Shown: positions 15,110 to 22,961, counted from the first letter of the stretch. The stretch is 37,800 nucleotides of DNA from Betaproteobacteria bacterium (GCA_027317055.1 DAHVFK010000001.1:1-37800); one strand, 5' to 3'. Translations and numbers: made by a program. The notes: a model not told the origin generated them from the sequence alone.

Positions 15110-15160
15110 TGGACGAATATCGGTGACACCGAATATTCGGTCAAGATGTAATTTTTCGGT
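15109..15160. promoter_or_regulatory. genetic switch: face-to-face overlapping promoters and palindromic operators
   Basis: Plus strand: TTGGAC(15109-15114)-N17-AATATT(15132-15137). Minus strand: TTGACC(15139-15144)-N17-GATATT(15116-15121)-N6-ATG. Operators: CGAATATCGG (15114-15123), CCGAATATTCGG (15129-15140) and half-site TTTTCGG (15153-15159). Confidence 0.55.
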
Positions 15161-15168
15161 CCCCGCGA

Positions 15169-15552
15169 ATGGCGTCCGCTGGCCTGCCGAGGCAGGCTTC
15201 GGCGATGGCTAGGAAGCGGATCAAGAGCGCCGACCGGCCGCCAGCGCTGCCGCATTTTCTGAAGCAATGGCGGAAATTTCGGAAGCTGACGCAAGAAGAG
15301 CTGGCATCGCGGGCGGGAACCACGGCGTCAACAATCTCTGAGCTGGAACACGGAAACCAGCGCTATACGCAGCAGCTTCTTGAAGCGCTTGCGCGGGAGC
15401 TGCAAACGCACCCCGGTCTCATCCTGTTGCGGGCGCCAGACATAGAGGCCGAAGCGTGGCTCATTCTTGAGGGCCTCCCGGCGCTCGAGCGCAAACGCGC
15501 GATGGACCTGCTTCGCGTGCTCGCCGACCGACCGCAACAAGCCGCCGAGTGA
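15169..15552 (+). CDS. XRE-family repressor (cI-like), no peptidase domain; alternative start ATG 15205
   Basis: LKQWRKFRKLTQEELASRAGTTASTISELEHGNQ is a classic XRE HTH. Divergent from the cro-like gene. Confidence 0.8.
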   Translation: MASAGLPRQASAMARKRIKSADRPPALPHFLKQWRKFRKLTQEELASRAGTTASTISELEHGNQRYTQQLLEALARELQTHPGLILLRAPDIEAEAWLILEGLPALERKRAMDLLRVLADRPQQAAE

Positions 15553-15776
15553 GCGCACCGCCCGCCGCCGACCGCGCGGTGCGCTACGCTCTGATCGCCG
15601 TCCTTCTTCCTCTGCTTCTCACGCGAGGCGCAGCGATACCGCCTGTGTCGGCACGCGAGCACGCCGCTATCTGCTGCAAAACCTGCTCGGCCGGGAAGGC
15701 ATGCGGGGACTCGTGCATTAGTCGGGATAAGGCCTGCCATCGCCGAGCCGGCTGCGCCTGCGATCGCCGGAAATAA
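15549..15776 (+). CDS. small exported/membrane-anchored Cys-rich peptide (75 aa, 8 Cys)
   Basis: GTG start overlaps the repressor stop (GTGA). Hydrophobic IAVLLPLLL segment followed by CCKTCSAGKACGDSCISRDKACHRRAGCAC. Confidence 0.5.
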   Translation: MSAPPAADRAVRYALIAVLLPLLLTRGAAIPPVSAREHAAICCKTCSAGKACGDSCISRDKACHRRAGCACDRRK

Positions 15777-15829
15777 TTTCGGCAGGAGCGAAGTTTTCGG
15801 TTGCAGTGAATTTCGGTCTCACCTAAATT
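15777..15829 (+). promoter_or_regulatory. early-right promoter candidate overlapped by three TTTCGG direct repeats
   Basis: TTTCGG at 15777-15782, 15795-15800 and 15811-15816. TTGCAG(15801-15806)-N17-TAAATT(15824-15829). AT-richer intergenic gap. Confidence 0.45.
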
Positions 15830-15856
15830 CCCTCTGTCAACGCGACGGAGGGGAAG

Positions 15857-16171
15857 ATGGCGTCATTTGCGGGATTGAGCCTCAGATCGGCCGGCGAGCG
15901 CGCTTACGACCGGCGCAGCGCCGAGGCCGAGCTGGCGGATATCGAGCGGGGCGAGGAGGCGTTTCTGCGCGCCGTCGATGTGTGGGCGCGGAAGCACCAT
16001 GGCGATCGGGACGCGATCTTCAATTATCTCGGCGATTTTCTCTGCGACTACTTTCACGGTCGCCGGCGCGACGCGGCAGAGGAACTCGGCCTCGATGCCG
16101 ACGAGGCCGATAATTTCGGCGCAACCCGTGATCGCATGATCGCCACGTTGGTGGCGGGAGGCCGGCTGTGA
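15857..16171 (+). CDS. hypothetical early protein (104 aa)
   Basis: GGAGGGG RBS. First gene after the candidate promoter. Confidence 0.6.
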   Translation: MASFAGLSLRSAGERAYDRRSAEAELADIERGEEAFLRAVDVWARKHHGDRDAIFNYLGDFLCDYFHGRRRDAAEELGLDADEADNFGATRDRMIATLVAGGRL

Positions 16172-16479
16172 GCGCCGGGTTTCCGCGCCTGTCGCCGGTC
16201 GAGGCCGCGATCTACGGCACGCCCGAAGCCAGGGCGCGCGACCGCGCGCCGATCATGCGCAAGCCGAGCTACGGCATGGCGCTGCTGTTTACGCTGCTGC
16301 GATCCGTCCGCCGCGCCGGCCCCGACGCGCTCGAAATCGACAAGTTGCGCTTTGTCATGGTCGACGGCGGCGACACCTCGAACGGTCTGACCCTCCGCCA
16401 CACGCGCCTCTTCCGGCTGGACGGGACCGGGCAGACCTACCGGCTGATCGTCGAGCCGGTGCCGGAGACGCACCGATGA
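16168..16479 (+). CDS. hypothetical early protein (103 aa)
   Basis: GTGA overlap with the upstream gene. In the operon direction. Confidence 0.5.
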   Translation: MSAGFPRLSPVEAAIYGTPEARARDRAPIMRKPSYGMALLFTLLRSVRRAGPDALEIDKLRFVMVDGGDTSNGLTLRHTRLFRLDGTGQTYRLIVEPVPETHR

Positions 16480-16670
16480 GCGCCGCCCGCCCGTTCAACA
16501 GCAAGCGGCAGGCGCATTGCGAGGGCAAGGCCAGGTTCGCCAGCCCGGCGCTCGCCCGCCGCCGCGCCGTGGCCTTTTGCCGGCCGACCCGGCGCCACGC
16601 CCGGCGGACGGCCGTGGCCTACCGCTGCGAATATTGCGGCGGCTGGTATCTGGCGGAGCGCGGACCATGA
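16476..16670 (+). CDS. small basic protein with C-terminal CxxC (64 aa)
   Basis: ATGA overlaps at both ends. YRCEYCGGWYL motif. Confidence 0.5.
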   Translation: MSAARPFNSKRQAHCEGKARFASPALARRRAVAFCRPTRRHARRTAVAYRCEYCGGWYLAERGP

Positions 16671-16990
16671 GCGCCGACCCGGCCGAGGCGCGGGTCTACG
16701 GCTTCACCCGTGGGACGATGCGCGACTGCCTGATGGTGATCGAGGAGCTGACCGCGGCCAACGGGATCAGCCCGAGCTTTGCCGAGATCCGGCGCGAGCT
16801 GGACCTGGCGAGCATGTCGCAGGTGGCGCGCCTGATCGCCGCGCTCGAATTCCGTGGCCATCTGGCCCGGCGCCCCGGCCGCGCGCGCACCCTGACCGTG
16901 CTGCGCTCGATCCCGCTGCCCGAGGAGCCGGAGATCGAGCTGACCGCGAGCGGCTGGCTCGCGGCGCAATCGCTGGAGAGGTCGCCATGA
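16667..16990 (+). CDS. LexA-N-terminal-like winged-helix DNA-binding protein lacking a peptidase domain (107 aa)
   Basis: GISPSFAEIRRELDLASMSQVARLIAALEFRGHLARRPGRARTLTV matches the LexA DNA-binding domain pattern. Start ATG 16667 overlaps the upstream stop. Confidence 0.6.
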   Translation: MSADPAEARVYGFTRGTMRDCLMVIEELTAANGISPSFAEIRRELDLASMSQVARLIAALEFRGHLARRPGRARTLTVLRSIPLPEEPEIELTASGWLAAQSLERSP

Positions 16991-17166
16991 AGCCGCAGAC
17001 GCTGTCCGCGCCGGATCGGCGACCCGGGCGCGACGGGCGGACCCCGGCCGAGAAAGCGCTCGACCAGGGCGGCAACCTGCTGTGGTGGTCGGTGATCGGG
17101 GTCATCGGCAGCATCGGGTTCTGCTTTTACCTGATCTGGGCGATCGCCCTGGCGGGCTCGCCATGA
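16987..17166 (+). CDS. small single-TM membrane protein (59 aa, below the ORF-track cutoff)
   Basis: ATGA overlaps at both ends. LLWWSVIGVIGSIGFCFYLIWAIALAG. Confidence 0.5.
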   Translation: MKPQTLSAPDRRPGRDGRTPAEKALDQGGNLLWWSVIGVIGSIGFCFYLIWAIALAGSP

Positions 17167-17315
17167 AGGGCCGGCTGAGGCGGCTCTTCGATCTTGCCTG
17201 TATTGCGGTGGTGTCGCTGTGGCTGCTGCTGCTGCTGGCGGTGTGCACCGTGGTGCTGCTGGTCGCCTGGGTGCTGCGCCCGCTGTTGCATCCCTGTCGA
17301 GCGTGGAGGCCGTGA
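17163..17315 (+). CDS. small single-TM membrane protein (50 aa)
   Basis: ATG 17163 overlaps the upstream stop. ACIAVVSLWLLLLLAVCTVVLLVAWVL. Confidence 0.5.
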   Translation: MKGRLRRLFDLACIAVVSLWLLLLLAVCTVVLLVAWVLRPLLHPCRAWRP

Positions 17316-17641
17316 TGGACCAAATTCCCCAGCGATCCGCGATGGCGGTGGACGCCGGAAATCAGCAGAAACGCCGCCATGCGACCGGACGCCAACCAGG
17401 AGGCGACCATGTAACCGAACCCCACGTTCCGATACGCCGCCGTGCGGAGGGCGATTTGGCTCCCGGCTCGGGCGGACGGCCGGGGGAGGAAATGCCCCCG
17501 GCACCGTCGCTCGCCGCCGCAATCGCCGAGCTTGAACGGGTATTGCCCGTCACCGGCGGGAAGCGCCAGGCGGCGATCACCGAGAAGCTGCGGCGGCTGC
17601 GCGCGGTGCAGGCCTGGCGCAACGAGGGGCCCGCGCCATGA
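17316..17641 (+). CDS. hypothetical protein, start uncertain (ATG 17316 or ATG 17492)
   Basis: Only the last ~50 codons show high third-position GC and helical sequence. The stop overlaps the next ATG. Confidence 0.35.
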
Positions 17642-17841
17642 GCGCGCGCATTCAGGCGGCGTGCCGGCGCTGCGGCGGCGGCGATCTCGGAGCCGAGGTG
17701 ACCGTGTGGGGCGTGTTCGAAGTTGGCGCGCTCGTCAACGTCGACCTCAGTCAGTCGATTGAGGTCAAGCGGCGCGGCTGGGCCATTTGCCTTGACTGCG
17801 GCGAGGCCCAGCCGATCCAGGCCGAGGAGAGCACCACATGA
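17638..17841 (+). CDS. zinc-ribbon protein (67 aa)
   Basis: CRRCGGG ... CLDCGE. ATGA overlaps at both ends. Confidence 0.55.
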   Translation: MSARIQAACRRCGGGDLGAEVTVWGVFEVGALVNVDLSQSIEVKRRGWAICLDCGEAQPIQAEESTT

Positions 17842-18056
17842 CGAGCATCTCGCCCAAAGGCCCGGCCGATTGCCTGGCGCACTGCCGAATATGGTTGCCG
17901 GATACGGAGTACGACATGGCCGTCCTCCTGATCTCCCTCCTCGTCGAGACCCAGAAGCACGCTGCCACGGTGGCGGCGATCGAGGAAAGTCACCGTCGCG
18001 CGATGGCGATCATCGATCGGCATCTCTCGGCCGAAAAGGAACCGTCCGATGGCTGA
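17838..18056 (+). CDS. hypothetical protein (72 aa)
   Basis: Coupled ORF in the operon direction. Confidence 0.5.
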   Translation: MTSISPKGPADCLAHCRIWLPDTEYDMAVLLISLLVETQKHAATVAAIEESHRRAMAIIDRHLSAEKEPSDG

Positions 18057-18246
18057 CTGGATCGTCTGGTCGGAGGAGCACGAGGCGTGGTTGGGGCCGA
18101 ACCACCAAGGCTACAGGGGCTCGATCGTCGCCGCCGGCCGCTATGACGAGGACATCGCCAAGCGGATCGAGCGCAACGCGAACTACCGCGCGGCCTTGCC
18201 GCAAGCGGTGGCGATGCCCGACCCGCTGCCCCGGCTGACGCTGTGA
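18049..18246 (+). CDS. hypothetical protein (65 aa)
   Basis: Coupled ORF in the operon direction. Confidence 0.5.
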   Translation: MADWIVWSEEHEAWLGPNHQGYRGSIVAAGRYDEDIAKRIERNANYRAALPQAVAMPDPLPRLTL

Positions 18247-18446
18247 GGTTCACCGAGCACGCGATCCTGCGCCGCCTCGCCCAGCAGGCTGCCGCTTTTT
18301 ACGAGGCGATGACGCCGCAGAAGCAGGCGAGCCCCGAGGGTCGCGAGCTGATGCGCTGGCTGACTGTGCTCGGCGCCTGGGACGCCGAACACCCTGCGGC
18401 GGCCGAGCCGCGGCTGCCGCTCCTGGAAGGACCGAAAGATGCCTGA
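18243..18446 (+). CDS. hypothetical protein (67 aa)
   Basis: GTGA overlap with the upstream gene. Confidence 0.5.
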   Translation: MRFTEHAILRRLAQQAAAFYEAMTPQKQASPEGRELMRWLTVLGAWDAEHPAAAEPRLPLLEGPKDA

Positions 18447-19356
18447 TCCGACCTTACGGACGGTCAGCGCCAGCCAGGCGGCGGCGCTGTTCGACCAGAG
18501 CCCCTACTGCACGCGCTGGATGCTATGGCAGCATTTTGCGCGAGGCCTGCCGCTCGGTGCCGAACCGGACGAGCGGATCGAATGGGGCACCCTGTTGCAG
18601 GACGACATCTTGCGGGCGACGGCGCGGCGTTACCGCTTCGAGGTCGAGGAAAACTCCGAGAGCATCTACCTGCGCCGCGGCCCACTCGGGGCGACGATCG
18701 ATGGCCGCATGCGTGTCCCCGATCAGGGCGACGTCATCATTGAGGCGAAAAACATAGACTGGCAGCGCTGGCGCGACACCTGGTCGGAGAGCGCCGCGGC
18801 GCCGCACGTCGAGATCCAGATGCAGGTCCAGCTCTTTTCCGCAACGGCCGATCGGGGGGTCATCGCGGCCTTGGTCGGCGGCAACGAGCTGAAATGCTAT
18901 GAACGCGAGACCAACCGCGCGCTGCAACGGGAATTGCAGGATGCCGCCGGCGATTTCCTCGCCAGCGTCGTCGCCGGCAAGGAGCCCGACCCGCTCGGCT
19001 CGCCGATCGAACTGCCGCTGCTGGCGGCGCTCTATCCGGCGACCGAAGCGGGCGCCGTTGTCGAGGCGCATGGCGACGAGGAGCTTGCGCTGGCGGTCCG
19101 GCAATATGCTTGGGCGGCCGAACAGGAAGCATTCGCCGGCAAGCTCAAAAATCAGCTGAGGGCAAAATTGCTGGGCCGTCTCGGCGCCGCCGCGGAGCTG
19201 CATGTCGATGGCGGTCGGGTCTATGCCAAGCGCTCGCCGATCGCGCCGCTGATCTGCGCGCCGCATGCCGAGCCGCGCGAGCTGCGCCACGCCTCGGTGC
19301 AGGTCCGGCTCAAACCGGTGATCATCGATCCCGCCGTCGAGGAGATGTTTGCATGA
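18439..19356 (+). CDS. YqaJ-like viral recombinase exonuclease (lambda Exo functional analogue)
   Basis: The N-terminal TVSASQAAALFDQSPYCTRWMLW pattern and VIIEAKN PD-(D/E)xK-like motif. Immediately upstream of recT. Confidence 0.8.
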   Translation: MPDPTLRTVSASQAAALFDQSPYCTRWMLWQHFARGLPLGAEPDERIEWGTLLQDDILRATARRYRFEVEENSESIYLRRGPLGATIDGRMRVPDQGDVIIEAKNIDWQRWRDTWSESAAAPHVEIQMQVQLFSATADRGVIAALVGGNELKCYERETNRALQRELQDAAGDFLASVVAGKEPDPLGSPIELPLLAALYPATEAGAVVEAHGDEELALAVRQYAWAAEQEAFAGKLKNQLRAKLLGRLGAAAELHVDGGRVYAKRSPIAPLICAPHAEPRELRHASVQVRLKPVIIDPAVEEMFA

Positions 19357-20414
19357 GCAGCGCGCAGCTCGCGGTGATCGAGCGCCAGCTGAAACCGCTG
19401 GAGCCGATGTTTGCGGATCTGTTGCGCCCGACCGGAGTGCCGGCGGCGCGGCTGATCCGCAGCGTCATCATCTCGTGCGACCGCACTCCGAAGCTCCTGG
19501 AGTGTACGCCCTTATCGGTGATCCAGGCGGCGACCACCGGCGCCGTCCTCGGCCTCGAAGCCGATGGGCATACCGGGCAGGGGTTCCTTGTGCCGTTCCG
19601 GCAAAAGGGCGTGCAGAAGGCGCAATGGCTGACCGGCTACAAGGGTTTCAACACGCTGGGCGCGCGGGTCGGGCTGACGATCGCCGGCGCTGTTGTGCGT
19701 GAGGGCGACGCCTTTGATTACGAGCTCGGCTCGGCCGCCTTCGTGCGGCACAAGCCGCAGCTCGGCGCGGGCTGGACCCGCCGCATCGTCGCAGCCTGGG
19801 CGTGCGCGGCCGCACCCGGCCGCGACCCGATCGTGGTCGTGATGGATCTCGACGAGCTGCTCGCTATCAAGGCGCGCAGCGCCGCGGCGAAGCGCCCCGG
19901 CGCCGACGCTGACGGCGAGGCGTTCTCGCCCTGGAACGAGCCGCTGATCGGCTTTCCGGCGATGTGCGCGAAGACGGCAAAGCGCCGCCTGGCGCGCTCG
20001 CTGCCGCTCTCGGCTTACATCGGGGCCGCCCGCGTCGACGAAGCCCATGAGGAGCAGGGGCGGCACGCCTTTCTGCATCCCGATAGGGGCGTCGTTATCG
20101 ATGGCGAGGCCGCGCCGTTGGCGGAAGGCCAGCCGCCGCCGGAGCCGGCGCCGCTGGCGCGACCGGTGTTCTTGATCCGCAACAACAAAGGCGAGCGGCG
20201 CGTCAATTCGATCGAGCAGTGGCGCGGCGAGATGCTGCGCATCATCGCTTCCCTGCGCGATGACAGCAGCGTCGAGCGCTGCCGCGACATGAATGCGGTG
20301 CTGTTCGACCAGTACGCCGAGCGCCACCCGCGCGAGGTGAGGGCGGTCATCGATGCAATCGAGGCGAGGCTGCGAGGAGATCGCGGCCCGATGCAGCCGG
20401 GAGAGATGGGGTGA
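19353..20414 (+). CDS. recT: RecT-family single-strand annealing protein with ~110-aa C-terminal extension
   Basis: CTPLSVIQAATTGAVLGLEADGHTGQGFLVPF...WLTGYKGFNTLGARVG is a RecT-type core. ATG 19353 overlaps the exonuclease stop. Confidence 0.85.
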   Translation: MSSAQLAVIERQLKPLEPMFADLLRPTGVPAARLIRSVIISCDRTPKLLECTPLSVIQAATTGAVLGLEADGHTGQGFLVPFRQKGVQKAQWLTGYKGFNTLGARVGLTIAGAVVREGDAFDYELGSAAFVRHKPQLGAGWTRRIVAAWACAAAPGRDPIVVVMDLDELLAIKARSAAAKRPGADADGEAFSPWNEPLIGFPAMCAKTAKRRLARSLPLSAYIGAARVDEAHEEQGRHAFLHPDRGVVIDGEAAPLAEGQPPPEPAPLARPVFLIRNNKGERRVNSIEQWRGEMLRIIASLRDDSSVERCRDMNAVLFDQYAERHPREVRAVIDAIEARLRGDRGPMQPGEMG

Positions 20415-20680
20415 GCAACGCGAAGCCAATCCTCGGCTACCCGACCAAGCTCGGCGTCAAGCACGCCACAGTGACCGCGCTCGAACGCTCCGCCGGACGC
20501 CGGCGAGCGCAGCGGCCATCGGAGGCCATGGGCCGCACCGTGCTGTTCGCCGTCGATATCCTCGAGGCCCTCGGCCCGCACGCAGCCAAACGCGGGATGC
20601 ACCCGAACCATCTGGCGCGGCTGATCGTCGAGACGGTGGTCGACGAAGGCATGATCGACGCGGTGCTCGACGATGGCTGA
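20411..20680 (+). CDS. hypothetical protein (89 aa)
   Basis: GTGA overlap. In the operon direction. Confidence 0.5.
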   Translation: MSNAKPILGYPTKLGVKHATVTALERSAGRRRAQRPSEAMGRTVLFAVDILEALGPHAAKRGMHPNHLARLIVETVVDEGMIDAVLDDG

Positions 20681-20870
20681 CCTTCCCGCGCAAATCGCCT
20701 GCATCCGACGCGAGATCGCGCTGCGCGAACGGGTCTATCCGAAGTGGGTTGCCGCCGGCCGGATGAAGCAAGAGGCGGCCGATCGCGAGCTGGCGACGAT
20801 GACGGCCGTGCTGGTGTCGCTGGAAGCGCTGAAGGCCGCCGACAACCTGCTGCGAGGGACAGATGCCTGA
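20673..20870 (+). CDS. hypothetical protein (65 aa)
   Basis: 8-nt overlap with the upstream gene. Helical sequence. Confidence 0.5.
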   Translation: MADLPAQIACIRREIALRERVYPKWVAAGRMKQEAADRELATMTAVLVSLEALKAADNLLRGTDA

Positions 20871-21453
20871 GTACCGCTCACTCGACCAGGTGAGCGAGTT
20901 CCCGCTGTGCTGGCCGCAGGGGAAGCTGCGCGCGGCTTCGCGCCAGCGCTCGCCGTTCAGAACCTCGATGGCCAAAGCGCACCAGGAAATCGCCGAGGAA
21001 ATGCACAGGTGGCGCGCCCGCGGGCACGTGATCTCGATGGCTCCCGCATATCGCCAAGGCCGGATTGACCCGGGCGTCGCGCTATGGTGGGCGATGCCGC
21101 GGCGCAACCAGCCGACGGACCTGCGGGTGCTGGCCTGCGATAGCTATGATGATCGGCCGGACAATCTGCACGCGATTGCGCTGACCTTGACCGGGCTGCG
21201 GGCCTTCGAGCGCTACGGCACCTATACCCGCGAGCAGGCGATCGAGGGCGCGCGCCCGATGCTGCCGCCGCCGGCGAGCGACGAACTTCCGTGGTGGACC
21301 ATCCTCGGCGTCGAACAGAGCTGGCCGCTCGCCGCGATCGAGGCGGTGTGGCGCACCAAGCTCGAAAAGGCGCACCCGGATCGCGGCGGCGATCCCGCCG
21401 AGGCGGGGCGGCTCAACGCGGCGATGGACCAGGCCAGGAAGGAGCGCGGGTGA
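20863..21453 (+). CDS. J-domain (DnaJ-like) protein
   Basis: C-terminal WWTILGVEQSWPLAAIEAVWRTKLEKAHPDRGGD contains the HPD motif. Confidence 0.75.
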   Translation: MPEYRSLDQVSEFPLCWPQGKLRAASRQRSPFRTSMAKAHQEIAEEMHRWRARGHVISMAPAYRQGRIDPGVALWWAMPRRNQPTDLRVLACDSYDDRPDNLHAIALTLTGLRAFERYGTYTREQAIEGARPMLPPPASDELPWWTILGVEQSWPLAAIEAVWRTKLEKAHPDRGGDPAEAGRLNAAMDQARKERG

Positions 21454-21668
21454 TGACGGAGGAGGACCGCGAAGATAGCTTAGCCCTCGCGCAGCAAATC
21501 GGCGCTCTCGTCTTCGGCCACTCCGCGGTCGCGGCGGTCGCTGCTATCACCGCGGCGCTCCTCGGCGGATTAGCGGAGTTGCCCGAAGAGGTCGCGATCG
21601 GGCTTTGGAACGGCCATTCGGAGACGGCGCGGGCAGCGTTCAGCCGGCGCCTGGACCGCAGTGGCTGA
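21454..21668 (+). CDS. hypothetical protein (71 aa)
   Basis: ATG directly after the upstream TGA. Hydrophobic central segment. Confidence 0.45.
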
Positions 21669-22029
21669 CGGCTATCGCACCCTGGCCGAGATCGCCGCCG
21701 AGCTCGATGTCACCCCGCGCTGGCTGCGCGAGATGGTGCGCGACGAGAAAATTCCGGTGTTGCGCCGGGGCCGGGTGATCCGCTTCGATAACCTCGCCAT
21801 CCGCGCCATCGAGGAGAGCCTGCGATCGCCCTCAAAATCATCCGCCGGCGCGACACCGGCGCGCTCACCATCGTTGGCACTGTCGCCGGAACGCGCGTTA
21901 GACGCCGCGCTCAAAGCGACGACCCGGCCCTCGCCCGCGAGGAAGCGGCGACCCTCGAAGCGCAGCTCCTGCGCGACGCCTGGCACGGGCAACGTCGTGG
22001 CGCTAAGAGCTTCGCCGAGGCCGCCTTGA
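21661..22029 (+). CDS. excisionase-like HTH protein; only the first ~55 codons look genuine, the rest overlaps int
   Basis: TLAEIAAELDVTPRWLREMVRDEKIPVLRRGRVIRFD is an excisionase/MerR-type HTH. GTG start. No stop in this frame until 22029. Confidence 0.55.
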   Translation: MADGYRTLAEIAAELDVTPRWLREMVRDEKIPVLRRGRVIRFDNLAIRAIEESLRSPSKSSAGATPARSPSLALSPERALDAALKATTRPSPARKRRPSKRSSCATPGTGNVVALRASPRPP

Positions 22030-22883
22030 GCTATCTGGCCACAGCCCCGCGCAGCGCCGGCGACAAGGCGCGGCTCAACCGCATCCTGCGCGCGCTCGGC
22101 ACCGCACGCCTCGCCGACATCGACCAGGGCATGATCGACCGGGTGCGCGCCAAGGTGCTGCGGCCGGACGCCGCCCCGGCGACGGCGGCGCGCGGCGTGG
22201 TGATCCCGATCCGCGCGGTGCTGCGCCATGCGGCGCGCCGCGGCTGGTGCGATCTGCCCTTTGTCGAGACGCCGCGGCAGCCGCAGGGGCGCACCCGGTT
22301 CCTGTTGCCGGCCGAGGCCGAGCAGCTTGTAAAGGCTGCGGCTCCGCATTTGAAAGGCTTGCTGATCTTCCTCTTGTGCACCGGGGCGCGGCTTTCCGAG
22401 GCTTTGGGATTGGAGTGGCGCGATGTCGATCTACAAGGTGCGCGTGCCATCTTCTGGGCCGACCAGACGAAGTCTCGCCGCCGGCGCACGGCTCGGCTGC
22501 CCGCGCGAGCCCTTGTGTCTCTGGCCGCGTTGCCGGGACGCGACGGGCATGTGTTCCGTACACCCCTCGGCGAGCCCTACCGCACCAGCCGCGAGCGCGG
22601 CTACGGCGGCCAGATCAAAACCGCCTGGCGCGGCGCGCTGAGGCGCGCCGACAAATCGGTACAAATCGGTACATTCACCCCGCACGACCTGCGCCACACC
22701 TGGGCGAGCTGGCACTACGCGCTGCACCACGACATCCTCGCGCTGAAGGCCGAGGGCGGCTGGTCATCGGTCGAGCTGGTCGAGCGCTATGCCCATCTTT
22801 TGCCCGCCGGCCACGAAGCCGAGATCCGGGCGTTTTGGCACGTGGCTGACACGGACGCCGGGAGTGATCGCGCAAGCGCATGA
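21825..22883 (+). CDS. int: tyrosine integrase; the conserved coding frame starts upstream of the first canonical start (TTG 22026)
   Basis: HDLRHTWASW ... VERYAH catalytic motifs. Upstream in-frame sequence IALKIIRRRDTGALTIVGTVAGTRVRRRAQSDDPALAREEAATLEAQLLRDAWHG is clearly protein-like. There is no ATG/GTG/TTG between the in-frame TAA (21789-21791) and 22026. Confidence 0.8.
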   Translation: MALKIIRRRDTGALTIVGTVAGTRVRRRAQSDDPALAREEAATLEAQLLRDAWHGQRRGAKSFAEAALSYLATAPRSAGDKARLNRILRALGTARLADIDQGMIDRVRAKVLRPDAAPATAARGVVIPIRAVLRHAARRGWCDLPFVETPRQPQGRTRFLLPAEAEQLVKAAAPHLKGLLIFLLCTGARLSEALGLEWRDVDLQGARAIFWADQTKSRRRRTARLPARALVSLAALPGRDGHVFRTPLGEPYRTSRERGYGGQIKTAWRGALRRADKSVQIGTFTPHDLRHTWASWHYALHHDILALKAEGGWSSVELVERYAHLLPAGHEAEIRAFWHVADTDAGSDRASA

Positions 22884-22933
22884 TGTTTCACGTGAAATCG
22901 CCGCCCGGGCACGCCTTTCGGGAGGCAGGGGCC

Positions 22934-22961
22934 GGAGGTTCAAATCCTCTCACTCCGACCA
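22934..22961 (+). other. tRNA 3'-end-like segment (T-arm, acceptor 3' strand, ACCA): candidate attP core
   Basis: GGAGG-TTCAAAT-CCTCT-CACTCCG-A-CCA lies 51 nt downstream of int. No convincing D or anticodon arm lies upstream. Confidence 0.55.

Noticed and set aside
17102-17425. Minus-strand ORF 17102-17425 inside the rightward early operon
   Set aside because: It is antisense to two well-supported coupled membrane-protein ORFs, its translation is Ser/His-rich low complexity, and it would be the only leftward gene in this arm.
22863-22961. A complete class-II tRNA gene ending at 22961
   Set aside because: GGAGTG at 22861-22866 can pair with the 3' acceptor strand. However, there is no D-arm (no conserved GG), no 7-nt anticodon loop, and the 5' part lies inside the integrase coding sequence. 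I kept only a 3'-end fragment as the candidate attP core.
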